A DNA stretch of 64,000 nt, from the NCBI GenBank assembly GCA_965242695.1, contig CBDESU010000002.1, positions 544,001-608,000 on the forward strand. Direction: 5' to 3'. The notes under the pieces are model-generated. The model ran no database searches and was not told the origin of the DNA. It worked only from the letters and a program-made list of their open reading frames with translations. Made by a program: the position numbers and the translations under genes. This document shows, one piece after another, positions 10,533 to 20,250 of the stretch; within the stretch, counting starts at the first letter, position 1, and each line of letters starts with the position of its first letter. Source of the stretch: Cenarchaeum sp. (GTDB lineage Archaea; Thermoproteota; Nitrososphaeria; Nitrososphaerales; Nitrosopumilaceae).

Positions 10533-11009
10533 CTAGCGGCTGCTCCTGCGAAACTCCTCGATCTCGGCGAGCGCCGCGGCCACCTGCTCCTCTTTGAAGT
10601 GGGGCTTTGCGCACCGCATGGTCTCTATGATGGACTCCCTGTCCCCCTCGTCTAGGTTGGCCATGGGGGTGATGTACCACACCGCTGCGTACAGCTCCAG
10701 CGTCAGGGGATCGTCGATCCTGCCGTGCACGAGCGACCTGACCCTGCCGGCGATCCGCCGGTCCTCCTCTGTGATGGGGGCCCTGCCGGGCGGATCGTCG
10801 TAGTCGCACCAGAAGCGCAGCTCCCTGGCAAGCGCCGGCGAGTTCGGGCCGCGTATCTGCCAATAGTACCCAAAGCTGTGGTAGTCGCCCACCTCTTGGA
10901 TCAGAAACGCCAGCTTTTGCATGCGGAGGCGATCGTCAAACTTGTCGATGCGTATGGGGCCAAACGACTCTAGTATGTTCAGCGTCCGCATCATGTCCCG
11001 TCCGTACAC
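10533..11009 (-). CDS. YwgA/SocA-like protein (subfamily A)
   Basis: FDDRLRMQKLAFLIQE…WQIRGPNSPAL…LELYAAVWY…KPHF. TATA-like TTTTTAAG at 11031-11040. Confidence 0.85.
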   Translation of the reverse strand: MYGRDMMRTLNILESFGPIRIDKFDDRLRMQKLAFLIQEVGDYHSFGYYWQIRGPNSPALARELRFWCDYDDPPGRAPITEEDRRIAGRVRSLVHGRIDDPLTLELYAAVWYITPMANLDEGDRESIIETMRCAKPHFKEEQVAAALAEIEEFRRSSR

Positions 11010-11228
11010 TGCCGAGGGCGCATGCGGGCGGCTTAAAAACGGTTCGAGTCCGGGTCGGGCGCCGCGGCGCCCGTCCCGCCGTCGCATCTGCGCAGGGTGC
11101 GTGCCCTTATTTCTTCAGGCGGCACATGCGGCCAAGAGACTCACGGTTCCCGGGGCCGCACGTTCGGGATCGCGGCGCCGCTCCCGCCGGTCACAATTGC
11201 GGCAAGCCCGGCCGCCCCGCGCGCCCCC

Positions 11229-12602
11229 TCACGTGGCATCCCCCGCGTACGGCGCCGACAGCGGCATGCAGCCGCCCCTGCCCGTCCTCGCGGCGCACAC
11301 GCAGCCCGGCCTGGCCCTCGACGCGGGAAAGGTCGTCTCTAGCGTGCCGACATCGACGAGCAGCATGCTCCGCGCAGGATCCGTAATTCCGAACAGCATG
11401 TCCTTGAGCAGGAGCACCGCGTAGCTTGCAGCCATTGTGGTGAGCGACACGACCGACGGGGCCTCTTCGTCGCCTAGGCCTACGACGTACCCCTCGCGCT
11501 CGCGCGCCCTCCTGTCGGCGGGATCGAGCGACTCTGCCAGTATCCTGTCGGGGCTGATTATGCCCGAGCAGAACAGGCACGGGAGTGACGGCGCGACAAT
11601 GCTCGCCCTCACGGTGCCGCCGGCCATCCTGCCGTCCCTCGAGTCTATCCCCACCCCTACGTCGATGACGGGCACAAAGTACTGGTACGCGAGCTCGTTG
11701 AGCACGCTGCGCGGCGCCTGCCTGTCGGTGCAGCCGAACACCATGTCGCACTCACCGAGGCATGCGAGCGCCTCCTGCGACACAATGTCCATGGCCGCCG
11801 CGTCGACGGCGGCATCGGGCGCAATCCTCCCAATGTTCTCCTTTACGACCTCCACCTTTGGCCTGTCCCGCGTGGCGGCGTCCGTGCCGTACATGCGCGT
11901 CAGGTTGCTGGCCGAGAACGCATCGCGGTCGACCAGGGTGAAGCGCTTCACGCCCGCCCTGGCAAGCTGCTCGGCGACCGACGAGCCGGTGCCGCCGACG
12001 CCGGCTATGCCCACCCTGATGCCGGACAGTATCCTCTGCCCGGCGATCCCGAACGCGCGGATCTGCCGGTCGTACAGGGACGTGTCGACGGTGTCCTCGC
12101 CCGCATTATGGGCGAGCGGCCGCATGGCCATCCGGCGGCCCACCACCCTGAGCTCGTCGATCGGCTCTACGCCGCCGTCCTCGGTCCACACCCTGCCCGC
12201 CATCGACTCTGGCCCGAAGAGGAGGCTCCCCATCGGCCTGCCGTAGAGGCACTTTCTGACGGTGTCCGACGACTCGGACTCGCCGTAGTCGTCCGACGGG
12301 GAGTACTCCAGGGCCGCGCCTCCGAGCGGGTGCGTGTGCATCTGGATAACGGTGATGCCGTCCGCATCGGCCGCCCCGATCGCCCTGTTGAAGTACAGGG
12401 GGGATATCTCCAAGTGTCGGGCGGTGCGCACGTTGTAGTCGCGCTCGCCGGGGATCAGGACGTCCCTGACGGCAAGGTGGATTCCGCGCTCGGTCCTAAA
12501 GTATCCCGCGGTGGCAAGGGCGGCCGACTCGACGCTCCGGTCCTGGAGCAGGTACCGGCGCAGCGTGGCAAGATGCTCAGATGTGATTCTGACCGTGTTC
12601 AT
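11229..12602 (-). CDS. JAB/MPN peptidase fused to ThiF/E1-like adenylyltransferase
   Basis: JAB motif E…HTHP-x7-SPSDD. E1 motifs YDRQ, GVGGTGS, DRD…SNLTR, GCTD, PCLFC…GY and C-terminal CVC. Confidence 0.92.
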   Translation of the reverse strand: MNTVRITSEHLATLRRYLLQDRSVESAALATAGYFRTERGIHLAVRDVLIPGERDYNVRTARHLEISPLYFNRAIGAADADGITVIQMHTHPLGGAALEYSPSDDYGESESSDTVRKCLYGRPMGSLLFGPESMAGRVWTEDGGVEPIDELRVVGRRMAMRPLAHNAGEDTVDTSLYDRQIRAFGIAGQRILSGIRVGIAGVGGTGSSVAEQLARAGVKRFTLVDRDAFSASNLTRMYGTDAATRDRPKVEVVKENIGRIAPDAAVDAAAMDIVSQEALACLGECDMVFGCTDRQAPRSVLNELAYQYFVPVIDVGVGIDSRDGRMAGGTVRASIVAPSLPCLFCSGIISPDRILAESLDPADRRAREREGYVVGLGDEEAPSVVSLTTMAASYAVLLLKDMLFGITDPARSMLLVDVGTLETTFPASRARPGCVCAARTGRGGCMPLSAPYAGDAT

Positions 12603-12604
12603 GG

Positions 12605-12982
12605 TCACTCGTTCCTGCTCATCCGGTCGTCCACTACGGTCAGGTACGTCAGCAGGCTGTCGTGGACGGGATCCCAGGTCCCCACGTGCCAGCTGAAGCG
12701 CTGCCACTGCCTTCCGAACTGGTCCTCGATCGTCGCGGCGTTGACCGGGGCGCCGCGCCTTAGCGACACGGGCGGGTCGAGCCAGAACATGTCGATCGTC
12801 GCGTTCGGGTACGTCGGGTGCGTCTTGATCAGCAGGTCGGCCGACGGCCTGTCCCAGATCTCGGCCGGGATGGGATAGTCCTTGACGACGATGCCGATCT
12901 CGTCGCCCAGTATGGTCTCTACCGTGCGGCCCTCTTCGCGCAGCCTGTCAATGTCGGCCTGGAGGGCGGGCGGCAGCCTCAC
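12605..12982 (-). CDS. Prokaryotic E2 family E (UBC-like) protein
   Basis: GIVVKDYPIP…YPNATIDMFW…WQRFSWH…WDPVHDSLLTYL. Overlaps the Ubl gene (GTGA) and abuts JAB-E1. Confidence 0.88.
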   Translation of the reverse strand: MRLPPALQADIDRLREEGRTVETILGDEIGIVVKDYPIPAEIWDRPSADLLIKTHPTYPNATIDMFWLDPPVSLRRGAPVNAATIEDQFGRQWQRFSWHVGTWDPVHDSLLTYLTVVDDRMSRNE

Positions 12983-13374
12983 GGGACATCACCGGGCCCC
13001 CGCGGCGTTGGGCGGGGCTGCAAGTGCCTGGCGTCCGGCGTCTTGATATGGTTCAATGTCCCGCCGAACGCGCCCGCGTTTACGATGCGGAACCTCATTC
13101 CGCCTGCAAGGTTGACGGACTGGTCGTCCAGTACGGCCTCGCCGTCCCCGCCCGGCCCCGCGGCGGGGCCGCCCTCGATCCGGATGACCAGGCGGTTCAT
13201 CGGCTCCTTTGCCAGCCTCTTGAGGTCGGCGCCGGTCATCGAGGGCCCGTCGACCTGGTACGCTGTGTTGTTGATGGAGATTGTGATGCGATCGGCGCCG
13301 CCCGTGCGCGCAGCCGGGCCCGCGGCGCCGCCGCTGCCGCCGGGCGCGGGGCCAGGCTCCCCGTTGTCCGCCAT
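12979..13374 (-). CDS. Multiubiquitin-family ubiquitin-like protein with C-terminal extension
   Basis: ITISINNTAYQV…MTGADLKRLA…VLDDQSVNLAGGMRF…AGAFGG plus a tail. TATA-like TAAATATG at 13396-13403. Confidence 0.82.
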   Translation of the reverse strand: MADNGEPGPAPGGSGGAAGPAARTGGADRITISINNTAYQVDGPSMTGADLKRLAKEPMNRLVIRIEGGPAAGPGGDGEAVLDDQSVNLAGGMRFRIVNAGAFGGTLNHIKTPDARHLQPRPTPRGPGDVP

Positions 13375-13516
13375 TCCGACTTCACTTTGCATGTGCATAT
13401 TTAGACCATGCCCGCAGGCCGTGCGCGGGTCGAACGCATATCCAGATCTATGGGACGGTGCGCGCCGGGCAGGGATGCGCCTTCCCCTGTACCTTGCCGG
13501 GATTGCGCTTCCGGCC

Positions 13517-14746
13517 TCAAAGATAGTCCTCAAGCTTGTCTGCATGGCCCTTTGCCAGCGCCCTGAGGACCGCCCCTCCCCTGTACCTTGCCAGCATGTC
13601 CTTTTTCCGCATGGCCGGCAGGATCGAGCCGTTGCGCATGAATGTCTCGGCCTGGGCGGAAAACTCGGCATCCAGGAGCGCCGCGTTGCGCGCCGCGTTC
13701 TGCCGCTTGTCGGCGTACCGCGGATCCCGGGTCCAGACGTAGTAGTACGAGTCCCGATCTAGCAGGCGGGCCTTGCGGCCGGCGGCAGCCTGCGCCGAGC
13801 AGGCGGGGGGCGGGGGGCGCCTCGGCTCCCTGTTCGATCCTATGATGCTCGCTCCGGCCACGGATGCAAGCACGTCGGACGCGGGGCTCGGGCCGGCGGC
13901 GGCTCCCGGTGCGATCTCGCGCCCCATGTTGGCAAAGTATGCGACGGACCTGCCCGTGTTGCCCGACTCGAGTATGCGCCTGTGCGCGTACGCGATCCTG
14001 TCCATCGTCGCATTGCTGACGGCCTTGCCCTCAAAGTCGAACCAGAGGCAGAGGCGGTCCTCGGCAATGTATAGTCACGAGCACATGTCCTTGACCCTCT
14101 TTTTGCTGCATCGACGCCTAATCGATGCACATAAAAGGGTCAGGAACTTATGCTCGGGACTATAGTGGTCCATGAGCCTGGACATGTCGGCGTGCGACAG
14201 CCTCAGCGACACCGGCACGAATATGGGCTTGGCGTTTCGGGTGTCCAGTATGTCAAAGGCCGAGTCGACAAAGCCGATGTAGTCGTCAATGGTCGGCCCG
14301 GCGCCGACGTCCAGGCACGACGTCCTTGGCATGCGCATGTTGGGAACTGTCAGGAACAGGGTCGAGAACTGGCAGTACATGTCGAACAGGGCGCACCACC
14401 TGTCCTCGCCCTCGCTACTGTCCACGCACGGGTTGAATGCGAGGGTGAAGTTGACCACGGTGGGCAGGCCCAGCCAGCGCTTGCGGTTGAAGAACTGGCA
14501 TATCCTGCCGTCGTCGCGCTCGTCCATTAGGGCGGCGATCGTCGACTCGCTCCGTATCTCCCTGGACGTCTCGGCCACCGCAAGGCCGCGCGCGGAGCCC
14601 TTCCCGTATGCCGACTCGGTCAGGCCGCGCGCATCGAGAGTCTTGAGGGGCCTCTCGAAGCGGGTGTTTCCTATCCTGAACCGCTTTACGCTAAACCAGG
14701 TCTCTTTGTCCTGATGGGACTCTGCGATGTCGATGACGCCCGTCAT
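13517..14746 (-). pseudogene. Conserved-looking hypothetical protein (about 380 aa) interrupted by a MITE
   Basis: ORFs 14075-14746 and 13517-14005 share a frame. Removing 93 bp restores …RLMDHY-IAEDRLCLWFDFEGK…. Confidence 0.8.
14072..14162. mobile_element. 91-bp MITE-like inverted-repeat element with TA target duplication (IS630-like signature)
   Basis: Left end TAGTCACGAGCACATGTCCTTGACCCT. Reverse complement of right end TAGTCCCGAGCATAAGTTCCTGACCCT. TA at 14070-71 and 14163-64. AT-richer than flanks. Confidence 0.85.
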
Positions 14747-15066
14747 GCGCCCCGCGCCTCCCGCAGGGCCGCGCCGTCCAGGCGCCAGCGCCGCAGACTT
14801 CCCGCCCCTGCCGTCCTGCCCAACATCGATCGCCCCGCCGGGCGGTATTAGTTCTGTTCGGCGCGGGCGCGGGGGGGGGCACAATGCGCCCTGCGGCGCG
14901 GCCGGGGTCTGCGGGGCCCGCGGGTTGCGCTGCACGCCAGTCCCAGCAAATGCCGCCGCGGGCGGGCGGCCGGCGGCGCGCAGCTCGCAGCACAATCCGG
15001 GTGGGCCTTGTCGCCGCCGCAGGCGCAGGCAGGGGGACGGGGGGCTCGATCCGGAGGCGTATCGGC

Positions 15067-15324
15067 TCATTCAGGCGGAGAGGGGGAGGGGGAGGGGGGC
15101 CGTCCGCGGCCGATCTTGCGCAGGATTGCACGGCATGCGGCGGAGATGCGGCGGCGGATGCCGCCGCTAATGCCGCGCCGCGGCCGCCCCTTGCACATCC
15201 TGTCGATCTCGGACTTGGTCGTGTTCTCGACGCTGATCCCGAGGCGCACGATGTACGCGGTGATGTCGCCCTTGGTCCTGAACAGTGACCTGGCTATCTC
15301 CACGTCCCTTTCGCTGGGGGGCAT
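15067..15324 (-). CDS. Small hypothetical protein, paralog of 30617-30814
   Basis: MPPSERDVEIARSL…IVRLGISVENTTKSEIDRMC. TATA-like box at 15347-15356. Confidence 0.7.
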   Translation of the reverse strand: MPPSERDVEIARSLFRTKGDITAYIVRLGISVENTTKSEIDRMCKGRPRRGISGGIRRRISAACRAILRKIGRGRPPSPSPSPPE

Positions 15325-16006
15325 CCGCTCTGGGGGCGGATCCCATCCTTATAAAATGTGCCCGGGCTGGGCGGGGCCAATTCGACATTCCAGGCGGGGT
15401 CCTGGGCCGTGGGGCGGGTGCACGCTACGGGGGCGGCAAAGCCAAGGGCGGACATGCGGACTCCCGCCACCGCTCGTGCGGGGCGGGCTTTTGGGTGCGG
15501 CCGAAGCGCAGGCCGCTTCGAGCCCCGAAAGATACGCGCATGCGGCGGCAGGATGCCGGCGCGGCGCGCGGCATCGAGCAAGGGAGAGACGTGCCCGCCC
15601 ACCAGTGCCGGCGCGGGGAAAGTGGATGCAGGAACGCGAAGCACTTTGCGCACGCCGGGGCAGGGTGCGCATCTGTCCACGCCATACAGGCGGCGATGCG
15701 CAGAGAAACGGTGCGCGATGCCGTCGGGCGCATCCAGCGCGTCGCTTCGTCGCAGGCGGGCACGGCGGCCGGCGCCGGCTGCATGCTCCAGTGCGGCTTT
15801 GACGCGGCGCGAGGCGGGCACGGCGGCAGATAAGCATGCGAAGACGGCATCCGCGTGCATCGGGCGCGCAGATCCTGATGGCTGAAAATGTGCATCTGCG
15901 TGCCCCGGCGCGGCGCCGGCACGCGCCAAGGCTGCCGATGCGGCCCTCGGCTTTGGGCAAGACAGTGCTCCTGCAATCCGCGGCCCGCCGCCTCCGGGAG
16001 TGGTGC

Positions 16007-16492
16007 TTACCGCCTCATCTTGCGCTTGAACTTTAGTATGGCAGACGCCGCCCCGGCCGCCTCTTCGCGTGTGAACTGGGGCTTGCGGCTGAGCAGCTCG
16101 TCCACGGCCGAGTCCGCGTCCCCGGCCGTTGCGGCGCGGCGCCGCGGGAAAAAGTACCAGAGCGACGCGTAGAGCTCCAAGTCGTAGGAAGAGTCGATCC
16201 CGTCGCCGAGCAAATCCCTCATCCTTGCCACCACGCCCCTTTCGCGCCTAGTCAGGCGCTGCTCAGCTCCCAGCCTGCCCTGCGACTCGTACCTGTACAG
16301 CTCCTTCGTCAGTGTAGGCGAGTACGGGCCGCGGTGGTACCACGAGAACATGAACCCGCCGGATGCCCCGAGCGCCTGCGCCAAGTAACCGAGTTTTTGG
16401 AGCCGGATGCGATCCTCGAATCTTGCGAGCGTGACATGGCAGAACGAGTTGGCTATCCTCATCGTCTCGCTGTCGCTGTACGTCGGGGGCAA
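16007..16492 (-). CDS. YwgA/SocA-like protein (subfamily A), close paralog of 5549-6028
   Basis: FEDRIRLQKLGYLAQALGASGGFMFSWYHRGPYSPTLT…LELYASLWY…KPQFTR. Confidence 0.87.
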   Translation of the reverse strand: MPPTYSDSETMRIANSFCHVTLARFEDRIRLQKLGYLAQALGASGGFMFSWYHRGPYSPTLTKELYRYESQGRLGAEQRLTRRERGVVARMRDLLGDGIDSSYDLELYASLWYFFPRRRAATAGDADSAVDELLSRKPQFTREEAAGAASAILKFKRKMRR

Positions 16493-16596
16493 TAGGGGCG
16501 CGCCGGAGAGGCGGCTATTAATAATTTTTCCCGCGGCGGCCAACGGCCGCGGCCGCGCCCGCCAAGAGATAAAGCCGGCGCACGGGGCGGCGGCCC

Positions 16597-17415
16597 ATGG
16601 CAGATCCCGACACGGCCGCGGACGGCGCGCCGCGGATCGGCGACGGCTCGTCCGTGCGCGGCGACGTGAGCCTCGGCGACGGCGTCCGCATAGGCAGGGG
16701 CTGCGTCATAGAGGGGGCGGTATCGATAGGCGGCCATACGCGAATAGACGACTACTGCGTCGTGCGCGGCCGCATTACCATGGGCGAGGGCAACTGGATA
16801 TACCCGTTCTGCACCATAGGGACGGGGCCGCAGCATACCGGGCATCCGGAGGATCCCGCGGCCGACCCCGCCGAGGACCCCGGCAAGGGCGAGATCGTCA
16901 TGGGGTCGAACAATACAATGAGGGGGTACGCCTCGATAAACCTCCCGTCCGTGACGGCCCGCACCGAGGTCGGGTCGGGCTGCCACCTGCTTGCATACTC
17001 GCATGTGGCGCACGACTGCACGGTGCGCGACGGGGCCATCCTGTCGGCCGGCGTCATACTGGGCGGGCATACCGAGGTCGGCGCAGGCGCCCACCTTGGC
17101 CTCGGGACGATGGTGCACCCGCACACCAGAATAGGCAGGCTCGCCATGGTCGGCCTGCGCGGCGCCGTCACAAAGAACGTGCCGCCGTTTGCGCTGATCA
17201 ACGACGGCCGGTTCACGAGGGTCAACGCGGTGGGGATGGAGAGGGCCGGGATGGCCGAGTCCGAGATCGCCGAGGTCAAACGCGCGTACGAGGCGATGGC
17301 CGGCGGGGGAGGGGACATGCCCTACGGGGGAGGCGGGCAGGACGGGGCCTTGGCCGGGGAGATACGCGGGTTTGTGAAAGCCTCGGAGCGGGAGTGCTAC
17401 GCGCCGCAGTTCTAG
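16597..17415 (+). CDS. LpxA-like hexapeptide-repeat acyltransferase
   Basis: Hexapeptide repeats, IGTGPQH, YSHVAHDC, LGGHTEVG, KNVPPF…VNAVGMERAG. Confidence 0.85.
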   Translation: MADPDTAADGAPRIGDGSSVRGDVSLGDGVRIGRGCVIEGAVSIGGHTRIDDYCVVRGRITMGEGNWIYPFCTIGTGPQHTGHPEDPAADPAEDPGKGEIVMGSNNTMRGYASINLPSVTARTEVGSGCHLLAYSHVAHDCTVRDGAILSAGVILGGHTEVGAGAHLGLGTMVHPHTRIGRLAMVGLRGAVTKNVPPFALINDGRFTRVNAVGMERAGMAESEIAEVKRAYEAMAGGGGDMPYGGGGQDGALAGEIRGFVKASERECYAPQF

Positions 17416-17732
17416 CGCGCGGATGCGCCGCATCGTCCGGCCGGCGGCCACAAGGCGTCGATTGCCGTGGCCGTGCGCGGCACAGGGCCCATGATATGCC
17501 GCGGCCGGCGATCATGTCCGGTCCGTACTTTGTCATGGGCTGCGAGAGCAGCCGCCTTCCCCGCGTGTTTTCCATGTCGCCCCAAAGGCGTGCGCGTGCG
17601 GGCCTACGAGGCGCGGCCTTTTTGGCCGCGCCGGCATCGCCGCCATGCGGCGGGGGCATCCCCTACGGTGCGACCGACGCCGCCGCGCGGCCGCAGTCCC
17701 GCCGCTCGACGCCCTCGGGCCGCGTCGCCCCC

Positions 17733-18251
17733 CTAGGCAGGCTGGCCCGTACGAGCAACCGGGCCGCGCCAGGCGGCGCCCCCGCCCGCAACCCCCGCGC
17801 ACTGCGCCCTCACGTAGGCGTTGCGTTCGCTGTCGACCAGTCCGGACCTCTTTGCCGCAACAACCGTCCGGCACCTGTCCGCAACCTCCAGCACGCCTAT
17901 GCCAAGGTCGTCAAAATGGCCCAGATCCACGCGCGGAATCGTCTTGTGCCAGATCGCGGCGTACGAGTATTCGGCCACGTACTGGTTGAAGCGGGCCTGG
18001 CGCAGGACGGCCGGCCAGTCGCGAACCTTGACCTCGATGGCCACCAGGCTCGTGCCGGCCGTGGTCACCATGTCGATTCGCCTTCGCCCCAGTGACCAGT
18101 GGGCGGTGCCTACCTCGTACCAGAAGGCCTTGCGGGCGAACGGCCCGGACATCCTTATCGGCCCGTACAGGCTTGCCTCCCTCACGCGCGCATCCCTCCC
18201 GCAAGCCTGCGCAGATCCACCCCGGAGCCTGCGCCTGCCCCTCTGCGCCAT
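17733..18251 (-). CDS. PD-(D/E)XK nuclease-like protein (MmcB/sce7726-like)
   Basis: YEV…RRIDMV…AIEVKVRDW…QA…YSY…GIGVL. Confidence 0.72.
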   Translation of the reverse strand: MAQRGRRRLRGGSAQACGRDARVREASLYGPIRMSGPFARKAFWYEVGTAHWSLGRRRIDMVTTAGTSLVAIEVKVRDWPAVLRQARFNQYVAEYSYAAIWHKTIPRVDLGHFDDLGIGVLEVADRCRTVVAAKRSGLVDSERNAYVRAQCAGVAGGGAAWRGPVARTGQPA

Positions 18252-18302
18252 GCCGCCATGCGCAAGACGGTCGCCTTCCAGGCCGCGGCCGGTGCGGCGC
18301 CG

Positions 18303-18527
18303 CTAGCCGGCCTCGACAAAGATGAGCCTCTTCATCGCATCGCCGGCAAAGAACTGCCTCTTGGTCTCCGGAAACGCCTGCACAAACCCCGCAATGCATG
18401 TCCTGAGGTTCGCCCTGACCTCCGTCCGGTTACTGCCGGTCACAAGGATGGCCGGGTTGGCGATGCACTGCGCCAAGAGGTGCCCCCCGTCCCTGTCCAG
18501 CCTGATCTTTAGCTCAGACGCAGCCAT
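18303..18527 (-). CDS. HicB-like small antitoxin domain, no HicA adjacent
   Basis: IRLDRDGGHLLAQCIANPAILVTGSNRTEVRANL. TATA-like box near 18550. Confidence 0.6.
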   Translation of the reverse strand: MAASELKIRLDRDGGHLLAQCIANPAILVTGSNRTEVRANLRTCIAGFVQAFPETKRQFFAGDAMKRLIFVEAG

Positions 18528-18635
18528 GCGGGGCCGCCCCCGCGTGCGGATATAACCGTTTGCATGCCCGCTCCCGGGCGGACGGTCGCCTGCAAGTGGC
18601 CGCCGCCGGCAAAAAAAAAAGGCCGCGGCCGCCGG

Positions 18636-19982
18636 TCATCCCCTCGCCAGCCTTGCCCTCTGCCGCCGGCCCGCATCCGTCAGCTCGTACCTGCGCCTGT
18701 TCCCGCCGAGCTCGGCGGCGAGCCCGCTGTGCAGCAGGACGTCCATGCACGCCCTGGCCGGCTGCCGGCCGCCGCCTGGGCGCCCTCCTAGGAGCGCGGC
18801 GAGGTCCGCCAGTGCGAACGGCCCGTCGGGAAGTCCCAAAAGCGCGCCGTGCAGCATCGAGCCGTCCTCGCCGGGGCGCCCAAGTCTCAGCCGCGTCTGC
18901 CTGCCCGACGCGGCGAGTATGAAGCACATGTACGAGCCGGACTCGTCCCTGTAGTAGGCGCGCATGCCGCCGCTGCCACCGCGCACCTCCCCGTCCGAGC
19001 CCCTGCCGAACTCTAGCCGGTAGCCTGGCGGCACGTTGGCCGACATGTCGGCCGTTTCGGTCTCGAAGAAGCCGCTCTGCCCGCCGTCGTGCCACGCCTC
19101 CTTGTGGAATACGGGGATCAGGTGGTCGCTCAGCTGCAGGCGTCCGCGGAGACGCCTCTTGGCCAGGGCGACGTACGCGGGCTCGATGTCGAGCCCGATG
19201 TAGCGGCGCCCCAGGTTGCGGGCCACCTTTGTCGTCTGCCCGCTGCCGTTCATCGGGTCGAGCACCAGGTCGCCCTTCTTTGTGAGCAGCGTGACGAGCC
19301 TCCACGGTATCTGCTCGGGGAACGGGACGGGGTGGTCGACCATATTCGGGGGGACGGGGGCGATGTGCCAGATCGAGTTTGCGATCTCGCGCTTGACGAC
19401 GCGGTTGAGCGGTATCTGCTCGCCGCGGTCGGCGGCGGCCGCGCGCTGCGCCTGCCCCTCCTTTTGCAGGACCAGAATGCACTCGTGCATGATGTTGGCC
19501 CGAAAGTAGCCGGGGCGCCTGTGCTTTATGAACACGCCGCACCGGTTGCCCGCGCCGTTGCGGCCCGAGGTCGTCTTGTGCCATACGATGGTGTCGCGGA
19601 GGCGCCACTTTGCGGGGTCGTCGTCGTTTTCGGTGCTCGCCATGCGCGAGGCGATCAGCGAGGAGAGCGGTATTGTCTTGCCGTTGACCACCTCGTCGCC
19701 TATGACTATGGCGCAGAACCCGCCCGGGCGGGTCGCCTCGAGGACTTGGCCGAATATTGCCTCCATGTCGTCTAGGTACGCGGCCGTCGTCGACGTGCCC
19801 GTCCCCCTCATCCACTTCTTGTCCCGGCTCTTCTGGTTGGCGACGTGCTGCCTGTAGTCGATCGCGTTGCGGTAGGGAGGGGACGTTACGGTCAGGTCTA
19901 CCGAGCCGGGCCTTATGTGCCTGCAGAGATCGCGCGCGTCGGCGCGGATGATCCTGCCGTCGGGCGGCGCATCCCGCGTCAG
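18636..19982 (-). CDS. Site-specific N4/N6 DNA methyltransferase (beta order)
   Basis: The frame extends upstream of the listed ATG 19811 through IIRADARD…VDLTVTSPPY. Also IVWHK, HPVPFP, VLDPMNGSGQT, YIGLDI. Start uncertain (CTG 19982 or frameshift). Confidence 0.88.
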   Translation of the reverse strand: MTRDAPPDGRIIRADARDLCRHIRPGSVDLTVTSPPYRNAIDYRQHVANQKSRDKKWMRGTGTSTTAAYLDDMEAIFGQVLEATRPGGFCAIVIGDEVVNGKTIPLSSLIASRMASTENDDDPAKWRLRDTIVWHKTTSGRNGAGNRCGVFIKHRRPGYFRANIMHECILVLQKEGQAQRAAAADRGEQIPLNRVVKREIANSIWHIAPVPPNMVDHPVPFPEQIPWRLVTLLTKKGDLVLDPMNGSGQTTKVARNLGRRYIGLDIEPAYVALAKRRLRGRLQLSDHLIPVFHKEAWHDGGQSGFFETETADMSANVPPGYRLEFGRGSDGEVRGGSGGMRAYYRDESGSYMCFILAASGRQTRLRLGRPGEDGSMLHGALLGLPDGPFALADLAALLGGRPGGGRQPARACMDVLLHSGLAAELGGNRRRYELTDAGRRQRARLARG

Positions 19983-20250
19983 CGGAAACCGCCCCCTTCG
20001 GTTCGGTCCCGCGTGGCCCTGCCGGGCGGCGGGGGCGGCGCAGTGTACTGATTCACGGCAGGGCGGCGGGGGCGGCGGGCGCGTATTAACCCGCCGGGCA
20101 GGACGGGAGAGGCCGGCGGCGGGCGGAGGAGTGGCGCGCGGCGGAGCCGACTGCGTGCACGCAAAGGGTGCCGCATCGCGCGCGGCGGCGCTGCGGGAGC
20201 GGGGTTGCTTGAACCGGCGCGCGGCATGGCCCTCGAAGTCCCGTCCCCGT

